Assembly (NCBI GenBank): GCA_011526165.1
Contig: WYAY01000160.1
Coordinates: 11,354-75,353, forward strand
Origin: Sulfuritalea sp.
Lineage (GTDB): Bacteria > Pseudomonadota > Gammaproteobacteria > Burkholderiales > Rhodocyclaceae
DNA length: 64,000 bases
Direction of reading: 5' to 3'
This document shows positions 19,333 through 29,140 of this stretch, one piece after another (the first letter of the stretch is position 1; every line of letters begins with the position of its first letter). The notes under the pieces are model-generated. The model was not told the DNA's origin and did no database searches. It worked only from the letters and a program-made list of their open reading frames with translations. The translations under genes were made by a program, and so were the position numbers.

Positions 19333-20178
19333 TCAGGGGCTGACCCGCACGGTCAGCCCCTGCGCCCGCAGGCGGTGGACGACCCCTTCCAGCTTTTCTT
19401 CCGGCAGTCGTGACAGGCGGTCTGCCTCCGGTTGCATCGAAGGACGCGCCAGGCCATACAGGTGCACCCCCGCCAGATTCTCGATGCCGGCCATGGCCAG
19501 CACGTTGAGGTAAGTCGACACGTCCCGCTCCGTCGGCCCCTCGCCGTCGAGCGCAAACATGCAGGTCTGCACCCAGGTGGGGCAAAGCCCGGCGCAGCAC
19601 CGCAGATTCCGCGCCACCGCTGCGGGCGACATGTCCACGCCATTGATGCGGCGATAACCCTCTTCCGTCCCCGCATCGACCTTGAACCAAGCTTCTCCGC
19701 CGAGTTGGCCAAGCAGGCGCAGGCCGTCCTGCACCCTGCCGCGCCCGACCAGGCTGCCATTGGTGATCAGGCGCAGCGCCACGCCGTCATCGAGCCCGCT
19801 TTCGCGCCTCACCCGGCCCGCTACCTCGATGGCTTCGGGAAACGCATCCGCCGAGGTCGGCTCGCCGTTCCCGGAGAAAGCGATATCGACGATTCGCCGC
19901 ATGCCCTCCGCGACATGCCGGCGCATAAAGTCTCCGTGCAGCAGGACTTCGACGAATCCACGCAGTTCGCTTTCCAGCAGCGCCAGGTCGATCGGCGGAG
20001 CAGCGCCGCGCTTCAGGTCCGGCACCTGGCAGTAGATGCAGCGCCAGTTGCAGGCGTTGTTGGGATTCAGGTTGATGCCGATCGACACGCCGCCGGCCCG
20101 GCGCGAAACCACGGGATACACATACACCAGGCCCGCGCTGTCCCGGCTATGATCCGTCACATCGAGTTGTTTCGACAC
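19333..20178 (-). CDS. Radical SAM protein (TYW1/COG0731-like)
   Basis: YVYPVVSRR, CNWRCIYC (CxxxCxxC), FSGNGEPT, ITNGS. Confidence 0.85.
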   Translation of the reverse strand: MSKQLDVTDHSRDSAGLVYVYPVVSRRAGGVSIGINLNPNNACNWRCIYCQVPDLKRGAAPPIDLALLESELRGFVEVLLHGDFMRRHVAEGMRRIVDIAFSGNGEPTSADAFPEAIEVAGRVRRESGLDDGVALRLITNGSLVGRGRVQDGLRLLGQLGGEAWFKVDAGTEEGYRRINGVDMSPAAVARNLRCCAGLCPTWVQTCMFALDGEGPTERDVSTYLNVLAMAGIENLAGVHLYGLARPSMQPEADRLSRLPEEKLEGVVHRLRAQGLTVRVSP

Positions 20179-20251
20179 CCGTTTCGTCTCCGATCGGCCA
20201 GTGGCCGAATGCTATAATCCGCCAACATTCCTGATCCATTCCTGAGGCACC

Positions 20252-20713
20252 ATGCGCATTACCCGCCGCCTCGAGTTCGATTCCGGCCATCGCATTCCAG
20301 ACCACCAGAGCCAGTGCCGCCACCTGCACGGCCATCGTTACGCCATAGAGATCACGCTGTCGGGCGACATCATCCGCCAAAGCGGTTCGCCCGTGAACGG
20401 CATGGTCATGGATTTTGCCGACATCAAGACGCTGGCGAAACAGAACCTGGTGGACATCTGGGATCACGCCTTTCTCGTCTGGCGCAACGACACGGTGCTG
20501 CTGAGATTCCTCGATAGCCTGCCGGGACACAAGACCGTCGTGCTGGATGTCGTGCCCACGGCCGAGAACCTCGCCACGGTGGCATTCGGCCTGCTCGATC
20601 GCGTGTACCGGGACAGCTACGGCAACCACCTGCGCCTTGAGCGCGTGCGTCTCTTCGAGACACCCAATTGCTGGGCGGATGCCCTGCGTGGCGAGGTCGG
20701 CGAAGCGGGCTGA
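20252..20713 (+). CDS. queD: 6-carboxy-5,6,7,8-tetrahydropterin synthase
   Basis: FDSGH, CRHLHGHRY, GMVMDF, PTAEN, ETP; extended -10 TGCTATAAT at 20210-20218. Confidence 0.92.
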   Translation: MRITRRLEFDSGHRIPDHQSQCRHLHGHRYAIEITLSGDIIRQSGSPVNGMVMDFADIKTLAKQNLVDIWDHAFLVWRNDTVLLRFLDSLPGHKTVVLDVVPTAENLATVAFGLLDRVYRDSYGNHLRLERVRLFETPNCWADALRGEVGEAG

Positions 20714-20803
20714 TGGCGGAGGCGGTAGGATTCGAACCCACGATGCCCTTGCGGACATGGCTGATTTCAAGTCAGCTGCATTCAACCGCTCTGCCACGCC
20801 TCC
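20714..20803 (-). tRNA. tRNA-Ser(TGA)
   Basis: Long variable arm, anticodon loop CTTGAAA, CCA end abutting the queD stop. Confidence 0.94.
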
Positions 20804-20868
20804 GAATGGCAAGTGATTTTATCACGCGGCCTCTCATGCCAGCCCGCCCCTCATCACCTGCTTAGGCA

Positions 20869-22164
20869 TCACTTCTCGAACAGGGCGATGGATTCGACGT
20901 GGGAAGTCTGCGGGAACATGTTGGCTATGCCGGCGCCGCGCAGGCGATAGCCCTTCTCATGCACCAGCACCGCCGCATCGCGCGCCAGGGTGGCAGGGCT
21001 GCATGAGACATAGACAATGCTTTGCGGCCCGTCCTCACCGATCGCCTTGACCAGTTCGATCGCCCCTTCCCGCGGCGGGTCGATCAGCCATTTGTCGAGC
21101 CGTCCCCAGCCGGCCAGCAACTCCGGCTTTGCCTCGAACAGATTGGCCACGCTGAAGCCGACAAGGCCGGACAAGCCGTTCAGCGCGGCGTTCTCTTCCG
21201 CCCGCCGCACCAGGGCCTGGCTGCCCTCCACGCCGAAGGCATAGGCGCCGCTGCGGGCGATCGGCAGGGTGAAATTGCCGAGGCCGCAGAACAGATCGCC
21301 GATGCGTTCGCCCGGCCGCGGCTGCAGCAGGTGCATGGCCCGGCGCAACAGCATGCGGTTGATGCCTTGATTGACCTGGGTGAACTCGTTCGGCCGGAAC
21401 CGCAGTTGCAGATCGAAGTCCGGCAAGGCATAGCCGAGCGCCGGCGCCTCGGCCGGATGGAAGGGATGGGCCGAATCCGGCCCGCCGGGCTGCAGCCAGA
21501 ACTGGATGCCGTGTTCCTCGGCAAACCGGCGCAACTGCGCCTCGTCTGAAGGCGTCAACGGTTGCAGGATGCGCAGGACCAGTACCGTCACCGCATCGCC
21601 AACCGCCACCTCGATCTGCGGCAGCTGGTCGGCGACCGACAGGGCGCCGACCAGCCGGCGCAGCAAGGGCAGTAGCTTGGAGACAGCGGACGGCAGCACC
21701 TCGCAACTGTCCATGTCCGCGATATAACTGCTGCGTTTTTCATGGAAGCCGACCAGCACGCCACCCTTCTTCGGCACCAGTCGCACCGAGAGACGGGCAC
21801 GGGAACGGTAAGCCCAGGCCGATCCCTGGATGGCCGGATAGACCGTCTCCGGCCGCAGGCGGCCGATGTGCCAGAAGGCGTCCTCCAGCACCCGCTGCTT
21901 GGCCGCCGCCTGCCCTGGTGCGTCGAGATGCTGCATGCTGCAGCCGCCGCAAATGCCGAAATGCCTGCAACGAGGCTCGATGCGCAAGGAACTCGGCTTG
22001 ATTATCCTGCCAGCGGTAGCCAGTTCGTAGTTCGGTTTGCGCCGGTAGCTGGAAAACGTCACCCGCTCCCCCGGCAGGGCGCCCTCGACAAAGAGGGTCT
22101 TGCCATCCTGCCGGGCCACGCCCCTGCCCTCATGGTCCAGGGATTCGATGATGATTTCAGGCAT
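20869..22164 (-). CDS. rlmD: 23S rRNA m5U1939 methyltransferase
   Basis: TRAM domain, C..FG.CGGC Fe-S motif, [28 protein letters not shown]. Confidence 0.94.
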   Translation of the reverse strand: MPEIIIESLDHEGRGVARQDGKTLFVEGALPGERVTFSSYRRKPNYELATAGRIIKPSSLRIEPRCRHFGICGGCSMQHLDAPGQAAAKQRVLEDAFWHIGRLRPETVYPAIQGSAWAYRSRARLSVRLVPKKGGVLVGFHEKRSSYIADMDSCEVLPSAVSKLLPLLRRLVGALSVADQLPQIEVAVGDAVTVLVLRILQPLTPSDEAQLRRFAEEHGIQFWLQPGGPDSAHPFHPAEAPALGYALPDFDLQLRFRPNEFTQVNQGINRMLLRRAMHLLQPRPGERIGDLFCGLGNFTLPIARSGAYAFGVEGSQALVRRAEENAALNGLSGLVGFSVANLFEAKPELLAGWGRLDKWLIDPPREGAIELVKAIGEDGPQSIVYVSCSPATLARDAAVLVHEKGYRLRGAGIANMFPQTSHVESIALFEK

Positions 22165-22267
22165 TGCGGGAGCTCAGGAAACGGGAGGCGCAATTGTATG
22201 CATCGCCGCAGGATTTGCAACGACCAACGGCTTGGCCTAATATGGCAACGGACTATTCAGCCGCCCC

Positions 22268-22753
22268 ATGCCGGACAATCACGAGGAAACCTTCGATACC
22301 CGCGCCGCCTACCAGAAGGCGCTCGATGTCGTGCTTTCACGGGCAGGCAAGGAAATCTGCATCTTCGATCCCGACCTGAAGGCGCTGGAACTGGACAGCC
22401 GTGCGAGGGCCGACGCGATTGCCGCCTTCCTGGCGGCCGGGCGCGACCGCAGTCTGCGCATCGTCCTGCACGACCCGGACTATCTGTCCCGCTATTCGGC
22501 ACGCCTGTCAGCGCTGCGCAAGCGTTACAGCCACTGTTTCCAGATCCGCCAAACACCGGAAGCCTTGCAGGGAATCGCCGATTGCTTTGTCCTGGCCGAC
22601 GGGGCAAGCGGGGCCATCCGCTTCCATGCGGATCATTTTCGCGGCAAGTTGCTCATTGAATACCCGCTAGAGGTCCACGACTGGCAGCAGCGTTTTGAAG
22701 ATCTCTGGATCGAATCCACGCCGTGTGCCGCGGCCACCCAACTCGGCCTTTAG
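22268..22753 (+). CDS. Conserved hypothetical protein
   Basis: 161-aa ORF with protein-like composition (IFDPDL, LRIVLHD), divergent from rlmD. Confidence 0.75.
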   Translation: MPDNHEETFDTRAAYQKALDVVLSRAGKEICIFDPDLKALELDSRARADAIAAFLAAGRDRSLRIVLHDPDYLSRYSARLSALRKRYSHCFQIRQTPEALQGIADCFVLADGASGAIRFHADHFRGKLLIEYPLEVHDWQQRFEDLWIESTPCAAATQLGL

Positions 22754-22900
22754 CCGGCTTCGATGCTATCTGGGCAGGCAACAGCTTTTTTGTTAGAATT
22801 TCCATCGATTTGAAGCGATTCAGATCAAACCCAAAATTTTGGAAGTTGTGTGGTTGTGTGTATTTGAACAAACGTTTTCTTTATCGATAAGGAATATCAA

Positions 22901-23218
22901 ATGAAATACTCTCTCCTCGTTGCTGCCCTCGTCGCCGTGGCCCTGACCGCCTGCGGCAAGAAAGAAGAAGCCAAGCCTGCCGCCGCCCCGGCTGCTCCCG
23001 CTCCTGCCGCCGCCCCGGCGCCGGCACCCGCTGCTGCTCCGGCCCAGCCTGCTGGCATGGCCGGCATGGAAGGCCAGAAGGGTATGGAAGGTATGGCCGG
23101 CGCCCCCGCAGCCGCCCCTGCTGCTGCCCCGGCTCAGCCTGCTGGCATGGAAGGCCAAGTGAAGGAAATGGCCAAGGAAGCCGTCAAGGAAGCCGCCAAG
23201 GAAGCCGTGAAAAAGTAA
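22901..23218 (+). CDS. Small low-complexity lipoprotein (Ala/Pro and Gly-Met repeats)
   Basis: Lipobox LTAC, AAGGA SD, own terminator. Confidence 0.85.
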   Translation: MKYSLLVAALVAVALTACGKKEEAKPAAAPAAPAPAAAPAPAPAAAPAQPAGMAGMEGQKGMEGMAGAPAAAPAAAPAQPAGMEGQVKEMAKEAVKEAAKEAVKK

Positions 23219-23239
23219 TTGCGTTTCTGTTTTGGTGCG

Positions 23240-23267
23240 AAAAGCCGGCCTGCGGGCCGGCTTTTTT
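23240..23267. terminator. Bidirectional rho-independent terminator
   Basis: AAAAGCCGGCC-tgcg-GGCCGGCTTTTTT between convergent genes. Confidence 0.85.
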
Positions 23268-23272
23268 CGTCT

Positions 23273-24040
23273 TCAGCGCAAGTCGCGCCAGTCGAATCCG
23301 GTTTCCTGATCGGCGACTGCGATCCACTCCCCGGCGCACCCCAGGACTCCCGCCAGAGCAGCCCTAGCCAGACCAGGGGTATTGTTCTGCTGGCTCAGAT
23401 GCGCGGCAATCAGGTGTTGCAATCGGCTGGTATCCAGGGCGGCGAGCAGCGCAGCGGAGGCGTTGTTGTCGAGATGGCCATAGCGCCCGGCGATGCGCCG
23501 CTTCAGATGCGGCGGATAGCCCCCTTTCCGCAACATGTCCGCATCGTGGTTGCATTCCAGCACCAGCGCGTCGCAGCCGGACAGCATTCTCTCCACATGG
23601 GGGGTGGAACCGCCTAGATCGCTCAGCACGCCGAGGCGATGTCTGCCGTCGGAAAACACGAACTGGACTGGCTCGCGCGCATCGTGCGGCACAGGAAAGG
23701 GATGCACCTCCAGATCGCCGATGCGGAGCGGCTGATGGCTGTCGATGAGTTCCACCCCCGGCACCTCTGCCCCACCCGGCGAGATGGCAGAAGAAGTGCC
23801 GTGCGTCATCCGGATGGTCAGGCGATGCCTGGCCGCCAGCTTGAAGGCGCCGGCAGCATGGTCGCTGTGCTCGTGTGTGATGAGAATGCCGGCCAGGTCT
23901 TCGGCGGCCAGGCCGAGACGGCCCAGTCTGAATGCGACCTCGCGCGGGCCGAAACCGCAATCGAGGAGAACTCGCGTGGTCCCCGCTTCGACCAGCAGCG
24001 CATTGCCGCGGCTGCCGCTACCCAGCGAAGCGAAGCGCAT
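23273..24040 (-). CDS. MBL-fold metallo-hydrolase (YycJ/WalJ-like)
   Basis: LGSGSRGN, THEHSDH, HDAREP, ECNHD, GHLDN, HLS. Confidence 0.9.
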   Translation of the reverse strand: MRFASLGSGSRGNALLVEAGTTRVLLDCGFGPREVAFRLGRLGLAAEDLAGILITHEHSDHAAGAFKLAARHRLTIRMTHGTSSAISPGGAEVPGVELIDSHQPLRIGDLEVHPFPVPHDAREPVQFVFSDGRHRLGVLSDLGGSTPHVERMLSGCDALVLECNHDADMLRKGGYPPHLKRRIAGRYGHLDNNASAALLAALDTSRLQHLIAAHLSQQNNTPGLARAALAGVLGCAGEWIAVADQETGFDWRDLR

Positions 24041-24042
24041 CG

Positions 24043-25173
24043 TTACTTCAACTGGTCGTAGAGCAGGCCGAGAATCTTTTTCGCCGTGTCCGAGTTGTCC
24101 ACCCCGCCCTCGCGGGTCAATATCTGGACGCTACTCTCGCCGCCGTCGCCCTTGACCAGGATGCGGAACTGCTGGTTGGGCGCAGGTTTGCTGTCCCAGA
24201 ACTTCAGCTTGCTGAGGAGCCCGCCCTCGGACTTCTTGCCCACATCCACCTCGGGATCGACATAGCGGACGTAGTAAAGGCCCTTGCTGCGATCACGGTC
24301 CTCGACGGTGAAGCCGACCCGATCCAGGGCCAGGCCGACACGGCGCCAGGAACGATCGAAAGCCTCGAGCAGTTGCAGGGAGCCGACGCCGCTCGTGGCA
24401 CGGATCAGCTTGGCGCGTTCCTCGCCCTTTGCGTCGGCGGCCATCAAGGTCTTGGCGCGGGTTTCCTGGGTGCCGAGGCGCACCATCAGCCGGCGCAACA
24501 TCTCAGCCTCGAGTTCGGGATCGGGCGGACGAGGCTGCCATACGGTGCGCCCCTTGCCTTCATCGGCATACGCCTCGTACATGCCGCGATGGCTGATGTA
24601 GATTTCCGTAGTACCTTCCTCCGCGCCCTTCTCGAGGCGGGTGCGGAACTTGTCGCGTTCGGGCGTCGAGTATATCTGGTCGAGGAACTTGCCGAGCGTG
24701 GCGCGGATCATGTCCTGGGGCAGCTTGGCACGGTTCTCGGCCCAGTCGGTCTCTATGATCCCGGCATCGGGCAGTTCGAGATTGACGATGAAGCCGAGCT
24801 CCTGCCAGAACTCCTTGAGGGTCGACCAGATCTTGTCCGGCGTGCCCGCCACGACCAGCCAGCGCTGGTTGCCGGAACGCTCGACGCGCATCTTGTCGAT
24901 CTGCGGCAGGATTTCCTGAGCGGCGGCGTCCTTCGAGCCGCTGCGCTCCGAACTGTAGGCGGAATAGGTCGCCGAGCCGCGCGGGGAGATGTCCGGCACG
25001 ACATAGCGTTCGTCCCGGTTGGGCGAGGTCAGATCGGGCGGAATTTCCAGCGGCGGCAGCTTGCCGGCCGACTTGTAGTCGATCTTTTTCGATTCGATAG
25101 ACATGCTGGAACAACCCGCCAGCAGCAGGAAAGCACTCACCAAAAGCAGCAGCCTCGACTTCATGCGGAACAT
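24043..25173 (-). CDS. bamC: Outer membrane protein assembly factor BamC
   Basis: Lipobox LAGC, PLEIPPDL, ETDWAENRA; downstream of dapA (start could be 25164). Confidence 0.9.
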   Translation of the reverse strand: MFRMKSRLLLLVSAFLLLAGCSSMSIESKKIDYKSAGKLPPLEIPPDLTSPNRDERYVVPDISPRGSATYSAYSSERSGSKDAAAQEILPQIDKMRVERSGNQRWLVVAGTPDKIWSTLKEFWQELGFIVNLELPDAGIIETDWAENRAKLPQDMIRATLGKFLDQIYSTPERDKFRTRLEKGAEEGTTEIYISHRGMYEAYADEGKGRTVWQPRPPDPELEAEMLRRLMVRLGTQETRAKTLMAADAKGEERAKLIRATSGVGSLQLLEAFDRSWRRVGLALDRVGFTVEDRDRSKGLYYVRYVDPEVDVGKKSEGGLLSKLKFWDSKPAPNQQFRILVKGDGGESSVQILTREGGVDNSDTAKKILGLLYDQLK

Positions 25174-25199
25174 GCCCCGCCTTTCAGAAAATTCGGATT

Positions 25200-26078
25200 T
25201 CAAACGGCGATGCCGGCTTCGCGCATGGCCTGCAGCACGCGATCGTGGTATTCCGGCGACAAGGGCGTCAGCGGCAGCCGGATGCCCGCTTCGGTCAGCC
25301 CCATCCGGCTGACCGCCCATTTCACCGGAATCGGATTGGCCTCGACAAAAAGGTGCCGATGCAGGCCGAACAGGCGCGCGTTGATCTCGCGCGCCCTAGC
25401 CACGTCCCCGGCCAGCGCTGCCGCGCACATTTCATGCATCAGGCGGGGCGCCACGTTGGCGGTGACGGAGATCGTGCCGTGTCCGCCAAGCAGGATGAAG
25501 GCCAGCGCGCTGGCGTCGTCGCCGCTGTAGAGGGCGAATCCCTTTGGTGCCCGCTTGATCAGATCGCTGCCGCGCTCGAGATTGCCGGTAGCGTCCTTGA
25601 TGCCGACGATGCCCGGCACCTGCGCCAGGCGCAGTGTGGTTTCGTTGCTCATGTCGGCCACGGTGCGCCCGGGCACGTTGTACAGGATCATCGGCAGGTC
25701 GACGGCCTCGGCGATCGCCTTGAAATGGCGATAGAGGCCCTCCTGCGTCGGCTTGTTGTAGTAGGGCACGACGTTGAGGGATGCGGCCGCGCCGGCCTTC
25801 TTGGCGTAGGCGGTCAGTTCGATCGCCTCGGCGGTGGCGTTGCCGCCCGTGCCGGCAACGACGGGCAGGCGGCCGGCAGCATACTCGACGGCCGCGCGGA
25901 TCAGTTCGCAGTGCTCCTCGACCGTGACGGTCGGCGACTCGCCGGTGGTGCCAACGATGACGATGCCGTCGGTGCCTTCCGACGCATGAAAGTCCACAAG
26001 CGCCTTCAGCCGCGGGTAATCCAGGCTGCCATCGGCCTGCATCGGCGTGACGATTGCGACAATCGAACCTTTTATCAT
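25200..26078 (-). CDS. dapA: 4-hydroxy-tetrahydrodipicolinate synthase
   Basis: GTTGES, PYYNKP, YNVPGRT, GIKDATG. Confidence 0.96.
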   Translation of the reverse strand: MIKGSIVAIVTPMQADGSLDYPRLKALVDFHASEGTDGIVIVGTTGESPTVTVEEHCELIRAAVEYAAGRLPVVAGTGGNATAEAIELTAYAKKAGAAASLNVVPYYNKPTQEGLYRHFKAIAEAVDLPMILYNVPGRTVADMSNETTLRLAQVPGIVGIKDATGNLERGSDLIKRAPKGFALYSGDDASALAFILLGGHGTISVTANVAPRLMHEMCAAALAGDVARAREINARLFGLHRHLFVEANPIPVKWAVSRMGLTEAGIRLPLTPLSPEYHDRVLQAMREAGIAV

Positions 26079-26194
26079 GGTCTCGGGTCTTCTGTTAAAC
26101 GTTGAATTTTAATCGATGAATGCCACTTTTGGAGAAGAATGCGTTGGCTGGGCGCCAAGTTGACACCTGCCTCAGGCGCCGGTTCCCGGTCCGC

Positions 26195-27118
26195 TCAAAG
26201 GTCTGCCAGAACCTTGATGTGGGTCGTCACGCTGCGCGCCAGGGCGGACAAGGCGTAGCCGCCCTCCAGCATCGACACGATGCGGCCTTGCGCCGATTCG
26301 GCGGCCACCGCCTTGAGTTGTTGCGTCACCCACGCATAATCGGATTCGACCAGGCCGAGCGAAGCCATGTCGTCCTCGTAGTGCGCATCGAAGCCGGCCG
26401 AGATGAAAATCGCCTCAGGCGCAAAGCTGCGCAGCGCCGGAAGCCACACTTCCGCCACCGCCTCGCGAAAGCCGTCGCTGCGTGTGCCGGCCGGAACCGG
26501 CACGTTGACCATGTTGGACGCCGGGGACTCCGTCCCGCTGTAGGGATAGAAGGGGTGCTGGAATGTACTGGCCATGAGGACGCGAGGGTCGTTGGCGAAG
26601 ATGTCCTCCGTCCCGTTGCCGTGGTGCACGTCGAAGTCGACCACCGCCACCCGCTGGAGGCCGTGTTCCTCCAGCGCATGGGTGGCGGCAATGGCGATGT
26701 TGTTGAAGAAGCAGAAGCCCATCGCCTTCGCCCGCTCGGCATGGTGGCCTGGCGGGCGCACGCTGCAAAAGGCGTTTTCGGCCTCGCCGCCGATGACTAG
26801 ATCGGTGGCCAGTATGCCGGCGCCGGCCGAACGCAGCGCCGCCTGCCAAGTGCCGGCGCTCATGGCGGTATCCGGGTCCAGGTGGACGATGCCGCTCTGG
26901 GGTGCGTTCTCGCGGATATGGCGCACGTATTCCGCAGGGTGGACGCGGACGATCTGCTCCAGCGTGGCGAGGGGCGCATCGTGGAAAGCCAGATAGAGAT
27001 CCAGCCCGGCGGCGATCAACCGGTCGCTGATGGCGGAGAGGCGCTCCGGGCACTCCGGATGGTGCGCACCCATATCGTGCAGCCAGCAGTCGCGGTGGGT
27101 GATGAAGGCAGTGGTCAT
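26195..27118 (-). CDS. Histone deacetylase family protein
   Basis: HPECPER, RPPGHHA, GFCFFNN, DFDVHHGNGT, SAGFDAH, LEGGY. Confidence 0.93.
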   Translation of the reverse strand: MTTAFITHRDCWLHDMGAHHPECPERLSAISDRLIAAGLDLYLAFHDAPLATLEQIVRVHPAEYVRHIRENAPQSGIVHLDPDTAMSAGTWQAALRSAGAGILATDLVIGGEAENAFCSVRPPGHHAERAKAMGFCFFNNIAIAATHALEEHGLQRVAVVDFDVHHGNGTEDIFANDPRVLMASTFQHPFYPYSGTESPASNMVNVPVPAGTRSDGFREAVAEVWLPALRSFAPEAIFISAGFDAHYEDDMASLGLVESDYAWVTQQLKAVAAESAQGRIVSMLEGGYALSALARSVTTHIKVLADL

Positions 27119-27265
27119 GTGAGGCACCGGTCGTCGCCGGATATTGTCTTGGAAGCCATTTCAGTGAGCCGCGCGGTTGCGGCTTCGAGATGGCTTCTTA
27201 CGGAAATGCAATAGAATGGTTGCCAAGGTTTTATTATCCTCCGATTGTCGCATACCTCTCAAGTC

Positions 27266-28186
27266 ATGCCCTATTCCCCCATAGACGAGACCATTCGCCA
27301 TGCCGGCCGCATCGTGCTCGGCAAGGAGCGCCAGATCCGCCTCGCCCTGGTCTGCCTGCTTGCGCGCGGCCATCTGCTGATCGAAGACCTTCCGGGCGTC
27401 GGCAAGACCATCCTGGCCCACGTCCTGGCGAAATTGCTCGGCCTCAACTTCCACCGCATCCAGTGTACGGCCGACATGCTGCCGGCGGACATCATCGGCG
27501 TGTCCATCTACGACCGCAACACGGGCGGCTTCCAGTTCCACCCCGGTCCGATCTTCGCCCAGTTGATTCTGGTCGACGAGATCAACCGCGCCACGCCAAA
27601 GTCGCAGAGCGCCCTGCTGGAGGCCATGGAAGAGCACCAGGTGACCTGCGAGGGGGAAACCCGCCCCCTGCCGGACCCTTTCTTCGTCATCGCGACGCAG
27701 AATCCCTCGCACCAGATCGGCACCTTTCCGCTGCCGGAATCGCAACTGGACCGCTTTCTCATGCGCATCGACATGGGCTATCCGGATCGCGAAGCGGAGC
27801 GCGAACTGCTCGGCGGCGCCGACCGGCGCGACATGGTCGCCACACTGCAGCCCTGCATGGAACCGGGCGAACTGATCGAACTGCAGCGGACCGTGCGGGA
27901 AGTGCATGTCTCCGAGGCCCTCATCGCCTATGTGCAGGCACTGGCCGAGCATACCCGCCGCTCGCCTGAATACGAGACCGGACTCAGCCCGCGCGCGGCG
28001 CTCGCCTTGCTGCGCGCCGCGCGCGCCTGGGCCATGATCGACCATCGCGACCTGGTGCTGCCGGAAGACATTCAGGCCGTGCTGCCGGCCGTGGCGGGCC
28101 ATCGCCTGCATCCCGCCAGCGGCGCGCCGGCCGCATCCGCTGCCGATACCGCCGCTGCGCTCATCTCCGCCGTGCCGATTCCCTGA
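27266..28186 (+). CDS. MoxR family AAA ATPase
   Basis: EDLPGVGKT, DEINRA, ATQNP, LPESQLDRF. Confidence 0.93.
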   Translation: MPYSPIDETIRHAGRIVLGKERQIRLALVCLLARGHLLIEDLPGVGKTILAHVLAKLLGLNFHRIQCTADMLPADIIGVSIYDRNTGGFQFHPGPIFAQLILVDEINRATPKSQSALLEAMEEHQVTCEGETRPLPDPFFVIATQNPSHQIGTFPLPESQLDRFLMRIDMGYPDREAERELLGGADRRDMVATLQPCMEPGELIELQRTVREVHVSEALIAYVQALAEHTRRSPEYETGLSPRAALALLRAARAWAMIDHRDLVLPEDIQAVLPAVAGHRLHPASGAPAASAADTAAALISAVPIP

Positions 28187-28192
28187 TAGTCC

Positions 28193-29140
28193 ATGCAACC
28201 GGTCGCGGCGTTCAAGCGCTGGCTGTTCCGTCTTTACGGACCGGAACCGTCGCCGATCGTCCTCACCCAGCGCCGCGTCTATGTCCTGCCGACACGGCCC
28301 GGCCTGGCCTACGCTGCGGCGCTTGGCCTGATGCTGATCGGCGCCATCAACTACAACCTCAGTCTCGGCTACGCTCTGACCTTCCTGCTCGCCGGGCTTG
28401 GCCTGGTCACCCTGCTGCACACCTTCCGCAACCTGGTGCGCATCGAGATCTCGCCGGGCCGCGTCGAACCGGTGTTCGCCGGAGACGCGGCGCATTTCGG
28501 CCTGCAACTGCATAACCGGCGCAGACCGGGGCGCTTCGCCATCCGCCTCAACCTGGCGGGCGGCGAGGCGGTCACGACCGATCTGGCACCCGAAGCCTCC
28601 ACCGCGGTGAACCTGCCCCTGCCGGCGCACAGGCGGGGCTGGCTGCGGCCCGGCCGGGTCACGCTGGAGACACGCTATCCCCTCTGCCTGGTCCGCGCCT
28701 GGAGCTATGTCGAGCCGGACCTGCGCTGCCTGGTCTATCCACGCCCGGAGGCCTCGCCGCCGCCCCTGCCGCTGACAGCCGCCGGCGAGTCCGGCACCGC
28801 GCGCAGCGGCCGGGGCAGCGAGGATTTCGCCGGGCTGCGCACGCACCAGCCGGCCGACTCGCCGCGCCATGTCGCCTGGAAGGCAGTGGCGCGCGAACAA
28901 CCCCTGCTCACCAAGCAATTCAGCGGCGCCGGCACGGTCCAGGTCTGGCTCGATTGGGACGCATTGCCGCCGGATCTGGGCATCGAAGCGCGCCTGTCGC
29001 GGCTGACGCGCTGGCTGCTGGATGCCCATGCCCAGGGGCTGGCCTATGGCCTGCGCCTGCCCGGCCGGGAAATCCCGCTCGGCCAGGGCGAGCGGCAGCT
29101 GCAGGATTGCCTTGAGGCATTGGCCCTGTATGGGGATTAA
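28193..29140 (+). CDS. DUF58 domain protein
   Basis: Two TM helices, EDFAGLR, RHVAWKA; standard MoxR partner. Confidence 0.88.
   Translation: MQPVAAFKRWLFRLYGPEPSPIVLTQRRVYVLPTRPGLAYAAALGLMLIGAINYNLSLGYALTFLLAGLGLVTLLHTFRNLVRIEISPGRVEPVFAGDAAHFGLQLHNRRRPGRFAIRLNLAGGEAVTTDLAPEASTAVNLPLPAHRRGWLRPGRVTLETRYPLCLVRAWSYVEPDLRCLVYPRPEASPPPLPLTAAGESGTARSGRGSEDFAGLRTHQPADSPRHVAWKAVAREQPLLTKQFSGAGTVQVWLDWDALPPDLGIEARLSRLTRWLLDAHAQGLAYGLRLPGREIPLGQGERQLQDCLEALALYGD

Noticed and set aside
22815-22828. FNR-like site GCGAT-TCAG-ATCAA upstream of the lipoprotein
   Set aside because: Two mismatches and no suitably placed -10 element
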